DNA of 64,000 nt, from assembly GCA_951406725.2 (NCBI GenBank), contig OX597832.1, forward strand, positions 21,700,001-21,764,000. Direction: 5' to 3'. Both the position numbers and the translations under genes were made by a program. This document shows positions 1 through 14,394 of this stretch, one piece after another. Below the pieces are notes generated by a model. The model did no database searches. It was not told the origin of the DNA and was given only the letters and a program-made list of their open reading frames with translations. Every line of letters starts with the position of its first letter. The stretch's first letter is position 1. The DNA comes from Octopus vulgaris (Eukaryota).

Positions 1-171
1 ATATATATATATATATGTATGAATGTATATGTATGTATATGTATATTTACGTACTTGTATGCCCCTATGTATGTATACGATGGGTGTATATATGTGTTGT
101 GTAGTTGTAATATATACTTATTTATTACATACAAATATGTACACATATGTATTTAGATATATTTTACATAC

Positions 172-247
<76 letters not shown>

Positions 248-764
248 TATGTCTGTATGCGTGTGTATATATACACACGCACTCACACACACACAATTAT
301 TACTAAATAATATATGTATATATAATTTTTAACTCCTTTTGTTCACATATTTCTTTTACACATGCATATATATATATATACTTACATATATACATATATA
401 TATACATATATATAATACATATATATATATATATAAACATGTGTGTATATATATATATGTATGTATATATATAAAGATACATACGCACACATACATACAT
501 AATGAAAGGGTATATAAAAACCAATAAATATATACAAAAATAGAAAATTAATTCTATCATTTAAAAAATACCTGAAAATATGTTTTCTTTCAATAAATAT
601 ACAATAATTGATATAAAAAATAAAAGAACAGAAAAAATAGTGTTTGTACCTAATGAAGAGAAATTAATGTTTCGTGTTAATTTTAGTGCGTGTCACGTCT
701 AACATCCATATGAGAGCTATCGTTGCGAAAGGGTTTCGATCTTCAGTTATATATTCGGTCATGT

Positions 765-1040
765 GAAGGCGCGTGGCCTAGTGGTTAAAGCGTTGCACTT
801 ATGATCTAGCGGTCTCGAGTTCGGTTCCCGAGCCGAGTGTCGTTTCGTGTTTTTTTCAGCAGAACACTTCATGTCATGTTGTTCCGGTTCACTCAACTGT
901 AAATTCGTAACTCTGCGACGGACTTGCCTTCTGATTGGGGAGAATGTCTGCCTGCTTGCAGGCCTTTCGAAAGCTAAAAAAAAAAAAAAAAACAGAAATC
1001 ATGCAAAGCGCATTGTAATCAGCGATGTATAACAACATCG
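765..1040 (+). mobile_element. Third, older tRNA-derived SINE family (copies also at about 31117, 33117, 51210-51440 minus, 55884, 58440-58625 minus)
   Basis: GAAGGCGCGTGGCCTAGTGGTTA...GAGTTCGGTTCCC tRNA-like head. Confidence 0.6.
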
Positions 1041-1425
1041 ATTGTGATATTCATTCATAAAAGTATCGAATTTGTCCGTCGCCATTTTACTACATTTATT
1101 GCGTTATTAGATAAAGTCGTTTTTTCTATTTCTCCCCCACTGTGTTTCATTAATAGTTTTGATTAATTAGTCAGTAATATAAAGTAATGCTTCGATATAC
1201 GAGTTAATTTATTCCAGGTGACCTCTCGTAAAGTAGAGCCACAATTTCCCATAGTAGCAATGCTATTAATCGTAATTCGTTCCCTGAAAAATATTTTACG
1301 AATAAAATTTATAATACTCGTAAATAAATGCCAATAAAACAAAAGTGGAATGTAAAGAATATCTTATATAAAGTAAAAAGAATGTCGAGATCATTTATAA
1401 TACAAAATATTATTATTATTATTAT

Positions 1426-2033
<608 letters not shown>

Positions 2034-2094
2034 TATCAATGTCGTTGTTGTTGTTGTTATTATCATTGTTATTATTATTGTTATTATTATTATC

Positions 2095-2123
<29 letters not shown>

Positions 2124-2127
<4 letters not shown>

Positions 2128-2231
2128 ATTATTATTATTATCGTTTTCTGAATCACTTTCACTCGCATTAGACTCGCGCACACCATTACTTGAAGACGCG
2201 ATCGCCGATTCACAAGCACTCGTAGACAGAC
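2124..2231 (-). CDS. Possible internal exon of a minus-strand gene (GLSTSACESAIASSSNGVRESNASESDSENDNNNND)
   Basis: ctacag| acceptor and G|GTAAT donor on the minus strand, 108 nt, phase 1/1, non-repetitive S/E-rich reading. No recognisable domain and no confirmed partner exons. Confidence 0.25.
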
Positions 2232-2409
2232 CTGTAGATTTCTTTTTAAAAAAACATGTCTAGAGTTGTTTGCTCAGATGAAACTGTTTTTCACTCTCTA
2301 TAAATTTCTCGGTAACACACAGAAGTATTTGTTATGGTAGTAGAAAATTTTGCACTTGAAAAATAAAGCGGTCCCTCGTAAAGCGAGTTCTCGTAAAGTG
2401 AGGTATTAC

Positions 2410-2483
2410 TGTATTCTTCTTCATTGTTCAGGACTTCTTGGCAGCGTTCACTAAACGTGTTAATACCTTGACGGTAGAAATCA
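2410..2483 (-). pseudogene. Mariner transposase C-terminal fragment
   Basis: The minus strand reads FYRQGINTFSERCQEVLNNEEEY, matching the mariner terminal motif FY-x-x-GI-x-x-L-x-x-RW-x-x-V-x-x-x-x-G-x-Y. Confidence 0.6.
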
Positions 2484-2654
2484 GGCGTAGGAGTGGTTGT
2501 GAGGTAAGTAGCTTGCTTACCAACCACATGGTTCCGGGTTCAGTCCCACTGCGTGGCACCTTGGACAAGTGTCTTCTACTATAGCCTCGGGCCGACCAAA
2601 GCCTTGTGAGTGGATTTGGTAGACGGAAACTGAAAGACGCCCATCGTATATATG

Positions 2655-2703
<49 letters not shown>

Positions 2704-3446
2704 CTGCGTGTGTCTGTGTGTGTGTGTGTTTGTGTGTGTATGTGTGTGTTTGTGTGTTTGTGTGTCTGTGTTTGTCTCTCCCAACATCGCTTGACAACCG
2801 ATGCTGGTGTGTTTATGTCCCCGTAACTTAGCGGGGTCGGTATAACCGACTTAACCCTTCCCTCGAAATTGCTGGCTTTGTGCTAAAATTTGAAACCAAT
2901 ATTCTTTAATTTCATTTCTTTGTGTGTGTGCTTGTTTTTTTGGTTTGTTTTTGTTTTTAGGTGGGGTTTTGTTCATTAGATGTAGTTATGCAATGAGATA
3001 TTTGGCCAAAATTTATTTCCCTTCTAACTATGGGGTAAGCTATTCACGTAATTTAAACCTGTGCTGACTCATATACATTAACTTGCACCAATCTACCTTA
3101 TGTATATGTACGTATCTACTTTTAATGAGCACCATACCCCCAGAAACAGCTGTAAAGATCTAACTGCATTTTCCACTCCCTTGCGAGATTTTGACTTGTG
3201 ATACTCAGGATTGTTACCTACTAATGTTGAATGAACAAGAAAGGTTATTCAAATTTTCCTCTGTCTCCTCAGTGAAATTACAGCACAAAATTCTTGGATT
3301 TTTATCCGTCTATGAAGTATCACCGGATTCTCTTGTTTTTCTGCTATGATTTATATATTTCTGTACGTTCTTCTATATAAATATATTTTATAAAAGACTT
3401 GATGTCTTACAATTACGTGTCCATACCTGTCCACCTTTTCATTTTA

Positions 3447-3612
3447 TTGGGTTGGTACATAATTATTGCGGCTTTTTTTCAACAAATTTTATTCAGCAAA
3501 AGCAATAACAACATGTAGCAAAAACATCTTTAAATGATTATTCCGGAGCATATTCACCATCCACTTCAATTACTGCTTCCCATTTGCTTGGCAGACGGTC
3601 AGACTAGTTTCA
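3447..3612 (-). mobile_element. Mariner 3' end with terminal inverted repeat
   Basis: TA followed by TTGGGTTGGTACATAATTATTGCGG, a mariner-type TIR. The minus strand reads DRLPSKWEAVIEVDGEYAPE*. Confidence 0.7.
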
Positions 3613-4493
3613 GAGTATTTGCTTTCCCCCCCCACCCCGGATAATCCGGATATAGAAGCTATGTATGTATGTGTTGTGTGGAAGTAGAACACCCCTGGTA
3701 GGTTACTAATGGACTGTTCCACGATATAAATGGACATGCGCAGAGAGTGTGGGGGAAGAATCTGGGAGGTGTGTAAAGCCATGAGTTGCGCTTTGTCGAG
3801 ATTTTTTTCTAGTATTTTGAGTAGAACTATTTGCAAGGACATTATTATTATCTCGTTATATCGTACGTCGAACGTGCGATACAACAGTATGTATGTACGT
3901 ATGTATACACACACAAACCTGGCCTAAAAAAATATAGCCCAGACACTTTTTTTTTCTTCTTTTTGTAAATTTAGCGCGTCAAGGTGTAAAATATACTCTT
4001 ATTGCAATTTAAACAGAATGTTGACAACAAATGACTTGGTACTTCCTCCAAGCGCTCATAATATTTTTTAGGAGAAAAACTCGTTTTACAGAGTTACATA
4101 TAGAGATTTATGAAACAAAAAAAAAAAGTCAGAATTTCTTTAAAATTCCTAAATTCTCATCTTTTATCCCTTAAAAGCCGATATTTTCAGAAAGACGGAA
4201 GTGATTAAAATTGTACGTATAGAAAAATAGATAATAGGGCTGTTTGAATTGTTCTTTAGAATTTAAAGAAAAAAAAAAAAACAAAAAACAGAAGTTTGTT
4301 CAATGTATTTAAAATGTCAAGTGTACTTTTAGAGTATTGTTGTTGTTGTTGTTGCTGTTGCTGTTGTTGTTTTGTGGGTGGTTGACTGTAATGTGTACAA
4401 GAAGTTTCTTTTAATGTTTAAATTCAAACGCTGAACGCAAATAGCTTTAATTACAATTTGGATGGCTTAAATTCAATCGTGGCTTATGTATGC

Positions 4494-4526
<33 letters not shown>

Positions 4527-4536
4527 TGTCTCTCTG

Positions 4537-4601
<65 letters not shown>

Positions 4602-4919
4602 GCGTGTGTGTGCATTTTGTTGGATTTTTTTTCTTCCTTTTGTGTTAGACAGAAAAAGAAACTCCATGCTGATGTGAATATTAAAAATTAAATTGCTGCT
4701 CTTCGTAAAGAAGGTATAATGTGTGTCTGTGGGTGGGTAGGTGGGTGGGTGGGTAGGTGGGTGGGTGGGTGAGTGCCCGCACGTGCGTGTGTATCTGTCT
4801 ACCTGTGTTTGTGTGTGCACGTGTGCTTGAGTGCGAGCGTTTATGTATGTATGTATGTATGTATGTATGTATAAATAGATAGATAGGTAGGTAGATAGAT
4901 AGGTAGACAGGTAGGTAGG

Positions 4920-5011
<92 letters not shown>

Positions 5012-5268
5012 AGGCGAGCTGGCAGAAACGTTAGCACGCCGAGCGAAATGCTTAGCAGTATTTCGTCTGCCGCTACGTTCTGAGTTCAAATTCCGCCGAG
5101 GTCGACTTTGCCTTTCATCCTTTCGGGGTCGATTAAATAAGTACCAGTTACGCACTGAAGGTCGAGATAATCTACTTAATCCGTTTGTCTGTCCTTGTTT
5201 GTCCTCTCCGTGTTTATCCCCTTGTGGGTAGTAAAGAAATAGATACATAGATAGATAGATAGATAGAC

Positions 5269-5349
<81 letters not shown>

Positions 5350-5823
5350 TGTTTCTTCATTAGCCACACAGGGCTGAACACAGAGAGGACAAATTACAAA
5401 GTAGAACTTTTCTTTTGGGGGAGAAAAAAAAGGGGAAGTAGGTTTTCGATAAAAAGGGATCGTAAAAAACAAGAAAAAAAAAAGATAGATAGATAAGTAA
5501 TTAAATGATCGGATAAATAAATGGTTAAGTAGGAAGACAGAAAGGGAAAACAGCCCCTAAAATTTATCGTCTCACCAGGTCTGAGTCTAATTTTGAATAC
5601 AACAGAGAATATTTGGGCAATCATTAAGGCGCAAACTGTTTGGAAGAAAATTGGCAAAGTTTGATCAAATTTGCGGTGCTCAGAATATAAAGAACATGAC
5701 AATAAACAGCACAAAGCCCTACTTCCGACGAACCAGTGATCCAACCAATACAAGACCGCACCCCATTAATATACAAATATATCTGTTTCTGTCGAGGGCA
5801 CGTGACCGTGTGGTTAGGGTGTT

Positions 5824-6251
5824 GGATCTTTTCGGTTTGAACGGCAGTTTTTTCTAGCGGTGTCATATGAAATTGTCACCCAAAATTATGACACTAGTAT
5901 CGATCTATTGCATTTCAATCTGTTTTAGGGTTAGGGTTAGGGTTAGGAGTGAGGGGAAGGGTATCTTTTTTTTCTTCACAAGTGTAAATAAACCCAATCT
6001 GTTTCTTAAACGAGGGACATATTCATACGGCACGGAATGTTTTTTTTTACCTCAATGGACGTCATTGATTGGTTGAAATTGCAGAAATTGAAGAGAAAAA
6101 AACAACAAATATCTTACAAACTATAGAGTTTTCTCAATAAAGCCAAGAGAAAAAGATGTTTTATAAACACATTTTACCAGTATACGAAGTTTAAATTTTT
6201 TTAGTTACCTAGAAATTATTTTAAAAACTGCCGTTCAAACCAAATAGATCC
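5824..6251. mobile_element. Non-autonomous DNA transposon (GG-ended ~28-bp TIRs, 8-bp TSD; Merlin- or hAT-like), copy 1
   Basis: GGATCTTTTCGGTTTGAACGGCAGTTTTT...AAAAACTGCCGTTCAAACCAAATAGATCC. TSD AGGGTGTT/AGGGTTTT. Internal TTAGGG repeats. Interrupts a tRNA-like SINE head. Confidence 0.8.
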
Positions 6252-7359
6252 AGGGTTTTGCACACCCGATCGCAAAATTGCGGGTTTTAATTCCTAGATT
6301 GGGTGGAGGGTTGTGTTCTGGAGCAAAATACTCAATCTTACGTTCCATTGCAGTTACTTTGACGCCTGAAATTTGGTAAACCGTGCACCTGTTCAAGCAG
6401 CGCCGATTTGATGAAGGGAGTGAGTTAATGTACAATACATACGTTTGATTGCTATAAACAAGTCATCCGTAAGACGGGCGATCTAGCAGAAACGTTAGCA
6501 CGTCGGGCGAAATGCTTAGCGGTATTTCGTCTGCCGTTGCGTTCTGAGTTCAAATTCTGCCGAGGTCGACTTTGCCTTAAATCCTTTCGGGGTCGATTAA
6601 AGAAATACCAGTTATGCACGGGGGTCGATATAATCGACCTAATCCCTTTGTTTGTGCTTGTTTTCCCCTTCTGTGTTTAGCCCCTTGTCGGTAGTAAAGA
6701 AATAGGTATTTCGTCTGCCGTTACGTTCTGAGTTCAAATTCCGCTGAGGTCGACTTTGCCTTTCATCCTTTCGGGGTCGATTAAATAAGTACTAGTTACG
6801 CACTGGGGTCGATGTAATCGACTTAATACCTTTGTCTGTGCTTGTTTGACCCCTCTATGTTTAGCCCCTGGTGGGTAATAAAGAAATAAGAAACGTTAGC
6901 ACGCCGAGCGAAATGCTTAGCGGTGTTTCATCTGTCTTTACGTTCTGAGTTCAAATTCCGCGGAGGTCGACTTTGCCTTTCATCCTTTCGAAGTCGATAA
7001 ATTTAGTACTAGTTATGTACTGGGGTGGATCTAATCGACTGGCCCCACCTCCCCAAAAATTTCGGACCTTGCGCCTAGAGTAGAAAGTATTTTCTTCGCC
7101 TCGCCAGTTTCCAAGAATCGAAACTGCGATCTTAAAATCGTCAGTAGAGCCCCTTAACCGCTTGGACAAGTTCCTTCTCTCTATTGATATATAAACTAAT
7201 GCAACAAACAGGAGAAAATGGTGACTTTATTAAATGACCGCAATGATCTCGTTGGAATTTTGATGAGGTTTCTCGCAGATAATTTAACGAATCAACGCCA
7301 AAAAACACAAAGAAAACCAACGCCAAAACAAAGTAACCTTAATCACACACACACACACG

Positions 7360-7406
<47 letters not shown>

Positions 7407-7630
7407 ACTTACACAGACACACGAGACAATAGAAAAGCAGAGACAGGGCAAGTATAAAATAAAATTTACAACAAAATTAAATGAATATAAACAAATGGCA
7501 CAAAAAAATCAAGCAAAAAAAAAATAATATTTCAAAGCCATCGACTTCAGGTCTTTAATGAGAAAATTAAAAGCTAAGTTTTGTACATATATATATATAT
7601 GTATATGTGTGTGTGTGCGTGTGTCTGTGT

Positions 7631-7670
<40 letters not shown>

Positions 7671-7679
7671 GTGTGTGTG

Positions 7680-7784
<105 letters not shown>

Positions 7785-7876
7785 TGTGTGTGTGTGTGTA
7801 TGTGTGTGTGTGTATGTGTGTGTGTGTGTGTGTCTGTGTGTGTGTTTGTGTGTGTATGTGTTTGTGTGTGTGTGTG

Positions 7877-7940
<64 letters not shown>

Positions 7941-8440
7941 CCTTATAAGTAACTCTTTTGACGTGATAAATTATCTACGAATTTCACATATGGCTGTTAC
8001 ATCAATTTATTTTCAAAAGAAATAGCAAGAAGACAAAAAAAATCATTATTATTATTATCATTATTGTTGTTGCTGTTGTTGTTGTCATTATTATTAGAAA
8101 TGTTGCTCTTGACTTTTTGTTTTCGGATTGTGGGTTTTATTAATTGTCTATGTTGACTGTTTGTTGATTTGCGTAGGTGTGTGTGTGTGTGTGTGTGTCT
8201 GCAGATTATCTCCTGTTTTATGGGCTCCACCTTTTATATTTAATTGTAGAAGTAAATAATATATATGTGTGTATATATACAGGAGTGGCTGTGTGGTAAG
8301 TAGCTTGCTAACCAACCCCATGGTTCCAGGTTCAGTCCCACTGCGTGGCATCTTGGGCACGTGTCTTCTGCTATAGCCTCGGGCCGACCAATGCCTTGTG
8401 AGAGGATTTGGTAGACGAAAGCTGAAAGAAGCCTGTCGTA

Positions 8441-8478
<38 letters not shown>

Positions 8479-8697
8479 CGTGTATATATTTGTGTGTCTG
8501 TGTTTGTCCCTCTAGCATTGCTTGACAACCGATGGTGGTGTGTTTATGTCCCCGTCACTTAACGGTTCGGCAACAGAGACCGATAGAATAAGTACTGGGC
8601 TTACAAAGAATAAGTCCCGGGGTCGATTTGTTGGACTAAAGGCGGTGCTCCAGCATGGCCGCAGTCAAATGTCAAGTGAGAGAAATAAATATAATAT

Positions 8698-8747
<50 letters not shown>

Positions 8748-8998
8748 TAGATATATATATATATATAGATATATGCATATATATACATACATACATACTC
8801 TTTTACTTGTTTCAGCTATTTGACTGCGGCCATGCTGGAGCACCGCCTTTAGTCGAGCAAATTGATCTCGGACTTATTCTTTGGAAGCCTAGTACTCATT
8901 CTAACGGTCTCTTTTGCCGAACCGCTAAGTTAAGGGGGACACAACCACACCACCATCGGTTGTCAAGCAATGCTAGAAGAACAAACACAGACACACAA

Positions 8999-9065
<67 letters not shown>

Positions 9066-9461
9066 CTAGCAGTATCGCCCGGCGTTGCTCGGGTTTGTAA
9101 GGGAAATAACTATATAAGCATTTTTAGAGAGTTATAGCCAAAAAGTAGCAAAAAAATGCATTAAAAATTGAAAAAAAATTAAGGTAAATTTTTTTTTAAA
9201 TCGTTGACACATCGTAGATATTTTTAGAGAGTTACTTCCCTTATATAAAAGCGAAAAAAATGCATTAAAATGGAAAAATATGATGATAAATTTTATAAAA
9301 ATCGTAGACTCATCGTAGACGGGCGCTAATACCCAGAAGGGCTCGATATGAATCACGACTATAAGATACCCGCTTTTGGTTAAACTGCACCGCAAAATGT
9401 GGGAGTAGTTACGAATCTAAATCGTAGGAGACAGACACACAACTTCACTCTTATATAAAGA
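9066..9461 (-). mobile_element. Non-autonomous Helitron-like element, copy 1
   Basis: The minus strand starts TC(TTTATATA) and ends with the hairpin CCCGAGCAACGCCGGG plus CTAG. It sits between A and T with no TSD. Confidence 0.7.
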
Positions 9462-10444
9462 TGCTTTTTTTTTCAGTCATAGAGTTAGATTTATGAAGGT
9501 CTTCTGTAGAAAATCCTTCGAATTCTGACTCGCTGCTTGATATAATGAAATTCGTATCCATTTTTTGCCAGAATTACAAATTTTGAAAACACAATAGGAA
9601 CAAATTTCGGAAAAAAATCTCCCATAATTCACGGAATTAAAATTACACTTCGATTTTCGTACAAAACTGTATTTGAAGTGTTTACGAAGTATAATACGTG
9701 TTTTCACGAATGTACTAAAGAGATTTACTCTGATATTCTCATTTAAATATGAATAGGTAAATTCGGGCGGTTTGGTAACGAAAGGGTTTATATAAGTGTC
9801 GTCTGTTTACACATAAACACTGTTTCATACTTTCAGTTTAGTCTTCCTCAAATCACTTTGTCGCTATTTACTCTCTTCCAAGAACATTTTCACTCACTCT
9901 TATCTGTTAGTTTGCCATACATTTTACTCATGTATCTATCAGCGTGATAGACAGAAACAAATATTACATCTAGTTTCACTTTATTCGTTGCACACTGTGT
10001 GTGTGCGTTTGCGTGTGCTGTAAACCAGACTAAGAAAAGCATTTGACATACACACCAGAATGTGAGTTTTCTGTAAATTTTGCTTAATTGGAGTTTAAAT
10101 TTTAAAAACTGGACCTGGCATGACCCGATGCATTCTACTCTTAAAAATGCTAGGTAAATTGTAATTGAAGAAATCCTATATTGTAGATTTCTATAAGTTA
10201 CAAAGGGAGGCAGATAAAATCTGCCTTTTATAATAAGATATATATATATATACACATATATACGATGGGCTTCTTTCATTTTCCGTCTACCAAATCCACT
10301 CACAAGGCTTTGGTCGGCCCGAGGCTATTGTAGAAGACACTTACCCAAGTATAGATTTTGTTGGAATCTAAATTTTGAATATTACCAGCTTGAATAATCA
10401 CTTGCGCTATTTTTTTTTATTCTGATTGAACAAATTAAGAATTT

Positions 10445-12090
10445 TGGTAAAGAACTAAACCGTAGAATTGTAATTGCCGAATTATTCCGCGCAGGTAAAA
10501 GTGTTGGGGAGATTGTTAGAGCCATAAAGTATTGCCAAACCTACTGTTTTTAGAGTTGTAGCCAATTTGAAGAAAAATTCAGGATGCTCTGAGAAAGCCT
10601 CACAATCCGCGCAGTGATCAGAAAACGCACACTTTGCTTCTAAGCGGGAACTAAAAGATCGATTGAGTCGAACTCATCAAAATCGATGGCGATGTTGGCT
10701 CAAGATCGAGGAATCAGTAAAATGACCATTTCTAGGGCTATCAGACAAGACCTCTTTTACTCATTTACTATTTTACTCGTTTCAGTCATTTAACTGCGGC
10801 CATGCTGGAGCACCGCCTTTAATCGAGCAAATCGACCCCGGGACTTATTCTTTTGTAAGCCCCAGTACTTATTCTATCGGTCTCTTTTGCCGAACCGCTA
10901 AGTAACGGGGACAAAAAGAGTACAGCAGGGGTCGCCACCACCCACTGCCGGAGCCTCGTGGAGCTTTTATGCGTTTTCGCTCAATAAACACACACAACGC
11001 TTGGTCTGGGAATCGAAACCGCGATCCTCCGACCACGAGTTCGCTGCCTTAACTACTGGGCCACTGCGCCTCATTATAAAATCGAATCCTAACTAATCGC
11101 TCCAAAGCCATTCAAGCTGAAATAAGTCCCAAACTTCTTAGCCATCTGAAACATCGCGGCGGAGACGTCCGCAACTTCGTGGATGAAAAGAAGTTCGTGA
11201 TAGACGAAGTTGCAGACCATCAAAACTCATGAGTGATAACGTACGACCCTTCCCAAGTTCCTTCAGCTATGCATAGCAAGAATCAGGCTTACACTATGGT
11301 CGTTGGCGAGTGTAAGTTCCATCCAACCGCCTCTCAAGCTTCTTTGATAACGTCCAGGTTTCTGAGCCATATATATTTCTTCACTACCCACAAGGGGCTA
11401 AACATAGAGGCGACAAACAAGGACGAGCAAAGGGATTAAGTCGATTACATCGACCCCAGTGCGAAACTGGTACTTTACTTATTGACCCCGAAAGGATGAA
11501 AGGCAAAGTCAACCTCGGCAGAATTTGAACTCAGAACGTAACGACAGACGAAATACTGCTAAGCATTTCGCCCGGCGCGCTAACGTTTCTGCCAGCTCGC
11601 TCGCCTTTCTGAACCATATAGTAGAATTGGTTCGACTGTGGCTTTGAAGATTTTAAGTTTGAAATCTCTACTTAGATTTGATGACCAGATCTGATGCATA
11701 TCATTACAGGCTGACCAGGCCATACCCTTTCTAGTTAGAAAATCTTTTTCAGATGACGATATGTATGACCCAAGATATTTGTAATCAGAAACCATATTTA
11801 AGAGCATATTGTTGAGAGTATGGATGATGAAATCACTGTTGGACAGGCACTTGTGAAGTCTGGCGTAACATAGTAAATTCCATTGTCTCGACCACGGTCG
11901 AACAATGATGATGATGATGATGTCGTTGGAGCTGCTGCAAGTGACAGGAAATTGATGCCTCCTCATTGTATTGAAGTGGTTCTTAAAATCGACACAGCAA
12001 TTGGATTAGGAAGCATTATGGATGTAAGTCGAGTTGCGTTTATACAGGACTCTGCACCGACCCATTCTTCGAAAAAATTATACGATAAGA
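10445..12090 (+). pseudogene. Fragmented Tc1/mariner-superfamily (maT/DD37D-like) transposase interrupted by SINE and RTE insertions
   Basis: Pieces read ELNRRIVIAELFRAGKSVGEIVRAI, SKMTISRAIRQDL, FVDEKKFVIDEV...SKNQAYTMVVG, VVGAAASDRKLMPP and FIQDSAPTHSSK, with frameshifts and stops. Confidence 0.7.
11307..11921. mobile_element. RTE-clade LINE fragment with 5' inversion
   Basis: Minus-strand DYKYLGSYISSSEKD...VEPILLYGSETWTLSKKLERRLDGTYTR is joined to plus-strand EVWRNIVNSIVSTTVEQ* plus a (GAT)n tail. TSD GTCGTTGG at 11299-11306 and 11922-11929. Confidence 0.75.
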
Positions 12091-12233
12091 ACAGGACATC
12101 ACGAACGAGTGAAGAATACGTAAACACATAATGAGGGACAAGTACGGGACAAAATACCACAAGAACTCTAACCCCTCCTCAGTTGTCGACTGTTAATTAC
12201 TCCCTATTTCGGTCCACAGTAAGTTATTACTTT

Positions 12234-12342
<109 letters not shown>

Positions 12343-12757
12343 CTACATATGTATCTAGCTGTGTGTGTGTAAATCTACATATGTATCTAGCTGTGTGTGT
12401 GTTTAGTGTTTGGTCTGTTTAGCCCCTTCACCGCTTGACAACCAGAGACGGGGTTTTTTTTTATGTCCCCGTAAACCAACGGTCCAGCAAACGATAGAAT
12501 AACCATCTCTCATCTTTTAATCTCTTACATCTTTCAGTCGTTAGACTGTGGCCATGCTGGGGCACAGCATTGAAGAACTTTAGTCTAACTTATCGACCCT
12601 AGTAGTTATTACTTTTTTTAAAGCTTGATACTTATTCTATCGATCTCTTTTTGCCGAACCGCTAAGTTACGGAGACGTGAACACACCAACACCGGTTGTC
12701 AAGTGGTGATGGGGTAACAAACACAGGCACAAAGATACACATACACACATATGTGTG

Positions 12758-12807
<50 letters not shown>

Positions 12808-13817
12808 CAGAGAGAGACAGAGAGAGAGAGAGAGCGAAAAAAACAAGAGGAAGACAGGTGGTGTACAAAACAAACAGATGTATTAGAATAACGCTCAGGA
12901 ATAGAAAAGCCTTTTACGTTTCGAGCCTACGCTCTTCTACAGAAAGGGACACAGAAAAAAAAAAACAAGGAGAGAAAAAATAAGGAAAGAAAAAAAGGAG
13001 AGAAAAAAGGAGGCTTCTTTTAGTTTCCGTCTACCAAATCCACTCACAAGGATTTGATAGTAGAAGACACTTGGCCAAGGTGCCACGCAGTGGGTCTGAA
13101 CCTGGAACCAATATATACCGTGTGATTCGTTCGATTAAAGCCCTTCAAAGTAGAGCCGTTATTTACCAAGTGTAAAGACAGATGCTTCGACATTTCTAGT
13201 CCGCCAGAGACTTTTAGAATTTGCATTTATATCCATAAATTATTGATGAATTTCGTTTGTTCGCTAAACTTCTAAATGCTGACCTCGAAAAAGCTGAGAT
13301 CTTCAGTTTAAGAATCTGCTCAGCTTACGCAGCACTTTGGATACTCAGCCTGCAAACGTAACGTAACAGAAAGATATGCCTGGTTTTCATAAAATATGGC
13401 ATGGAAAATAGCTTTGTTGTTGTTGCTGCTGCTGCTGTTATTAAATAAATTCCAGCTATGGAACTTTGTTTCTTTTGTTACGAAACCAGTTTCTTTTGCG
13501 TAGGAAGAATTGAAGAATACAAAAACAAAAATAAAATAAAATAAAGCAATGAATGATAACTGATCGATCTTCTGAACAAGCTTCCTTTAGAGGGTTACAT
13601 AAGAACGCACACGTGCTTATGGTTACGTGGCACGTGTGTGTGTGTGTGTGTGTGTGTGTAGTGCCTGGTGGTTTCACACTGGCGTGAATAAACGTTGAGT
13701 GTACTCAATACTATTCGGTAGAGTAGTATCAGATTATTTATTCAAATCTGAGCGTAGTGACTCACACAGACTCAGATTCGGATAATGTTATACATACACA
13801 CACACATATATATATAC

Positions 13818-13863
<46 letters not shown>

Positions 13864-13868
13864 ATATA

Positions 13869-13909
<41 letters not shown>

Positions 13910-13998
13910 ATATATATGTGTGTGTGTGTGTATGTATGTATGGATGGATGGATGGATGTGTAAGATAGATAGATAGTGAGAGAGAGAGAGAGACAGAC

Positions 13999-14053
<55 letters not shown>

Positions 14054-14394
14054 CGACAGACAGATAGATAGAGAGAGAGAGAGATATGCAAACACACACA
14101 CACACACACAATATCTACAATTACACATATGTGCATATATATATATATATACACATACACATATATAAATACGTACATGCACTGACATACATACATGGTT
14201 ATACACACACGCACACAAACACACACACACACACACATACACACACACACACAATTCACACAGAATTCATTCGGCAATCTAATTTCAGAAAATAGAAGTG
14301 ACAGAGACGTAGAAATTCCATTTCTTCGCTGATTTATTCACAGGAACAAAAGATTACAAAATCCACTGGATAGACGAAAAATTACTGCAGTGTT

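Noticed and set aside
147-560. IYIY/CVCV/YLSI/poly-I, -M, -H and -N ORFs here and throughout the window (e.g. 7558-8025, 19949-20581, 37706-38868, 39157-39779, 59821-61420)
   Set aside because: They are translations of microsatellites or pyrimidine tracts with no splice or domain support.
765-840. tRNA genes at the tRNA-like heads
   Set aside because: They continue into SINE bodies, are degenerate and lack a complete cloverleaf or terminator.
3130-3220. Possible minus-strand exon (GNNPEYHKSKSRKGVENAVRSLQLFLG)
   Set aside because: Its donor phase does not match the 2231 candidate exon and it has no recognisable homology.
4841-5248. Recurrent ORFs containing RPRKDERQSRPRRNLNSER, FLQLDALPNANH or SFDCGHAGAPP
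   Set aside because: They are incidental reading frames of high-copy SINEs.
5925-5947. TTAGGG repeats as a telomere or fusion scar
   Set aside because: There are only a few units and they lie inside a MITE present twice in the window.
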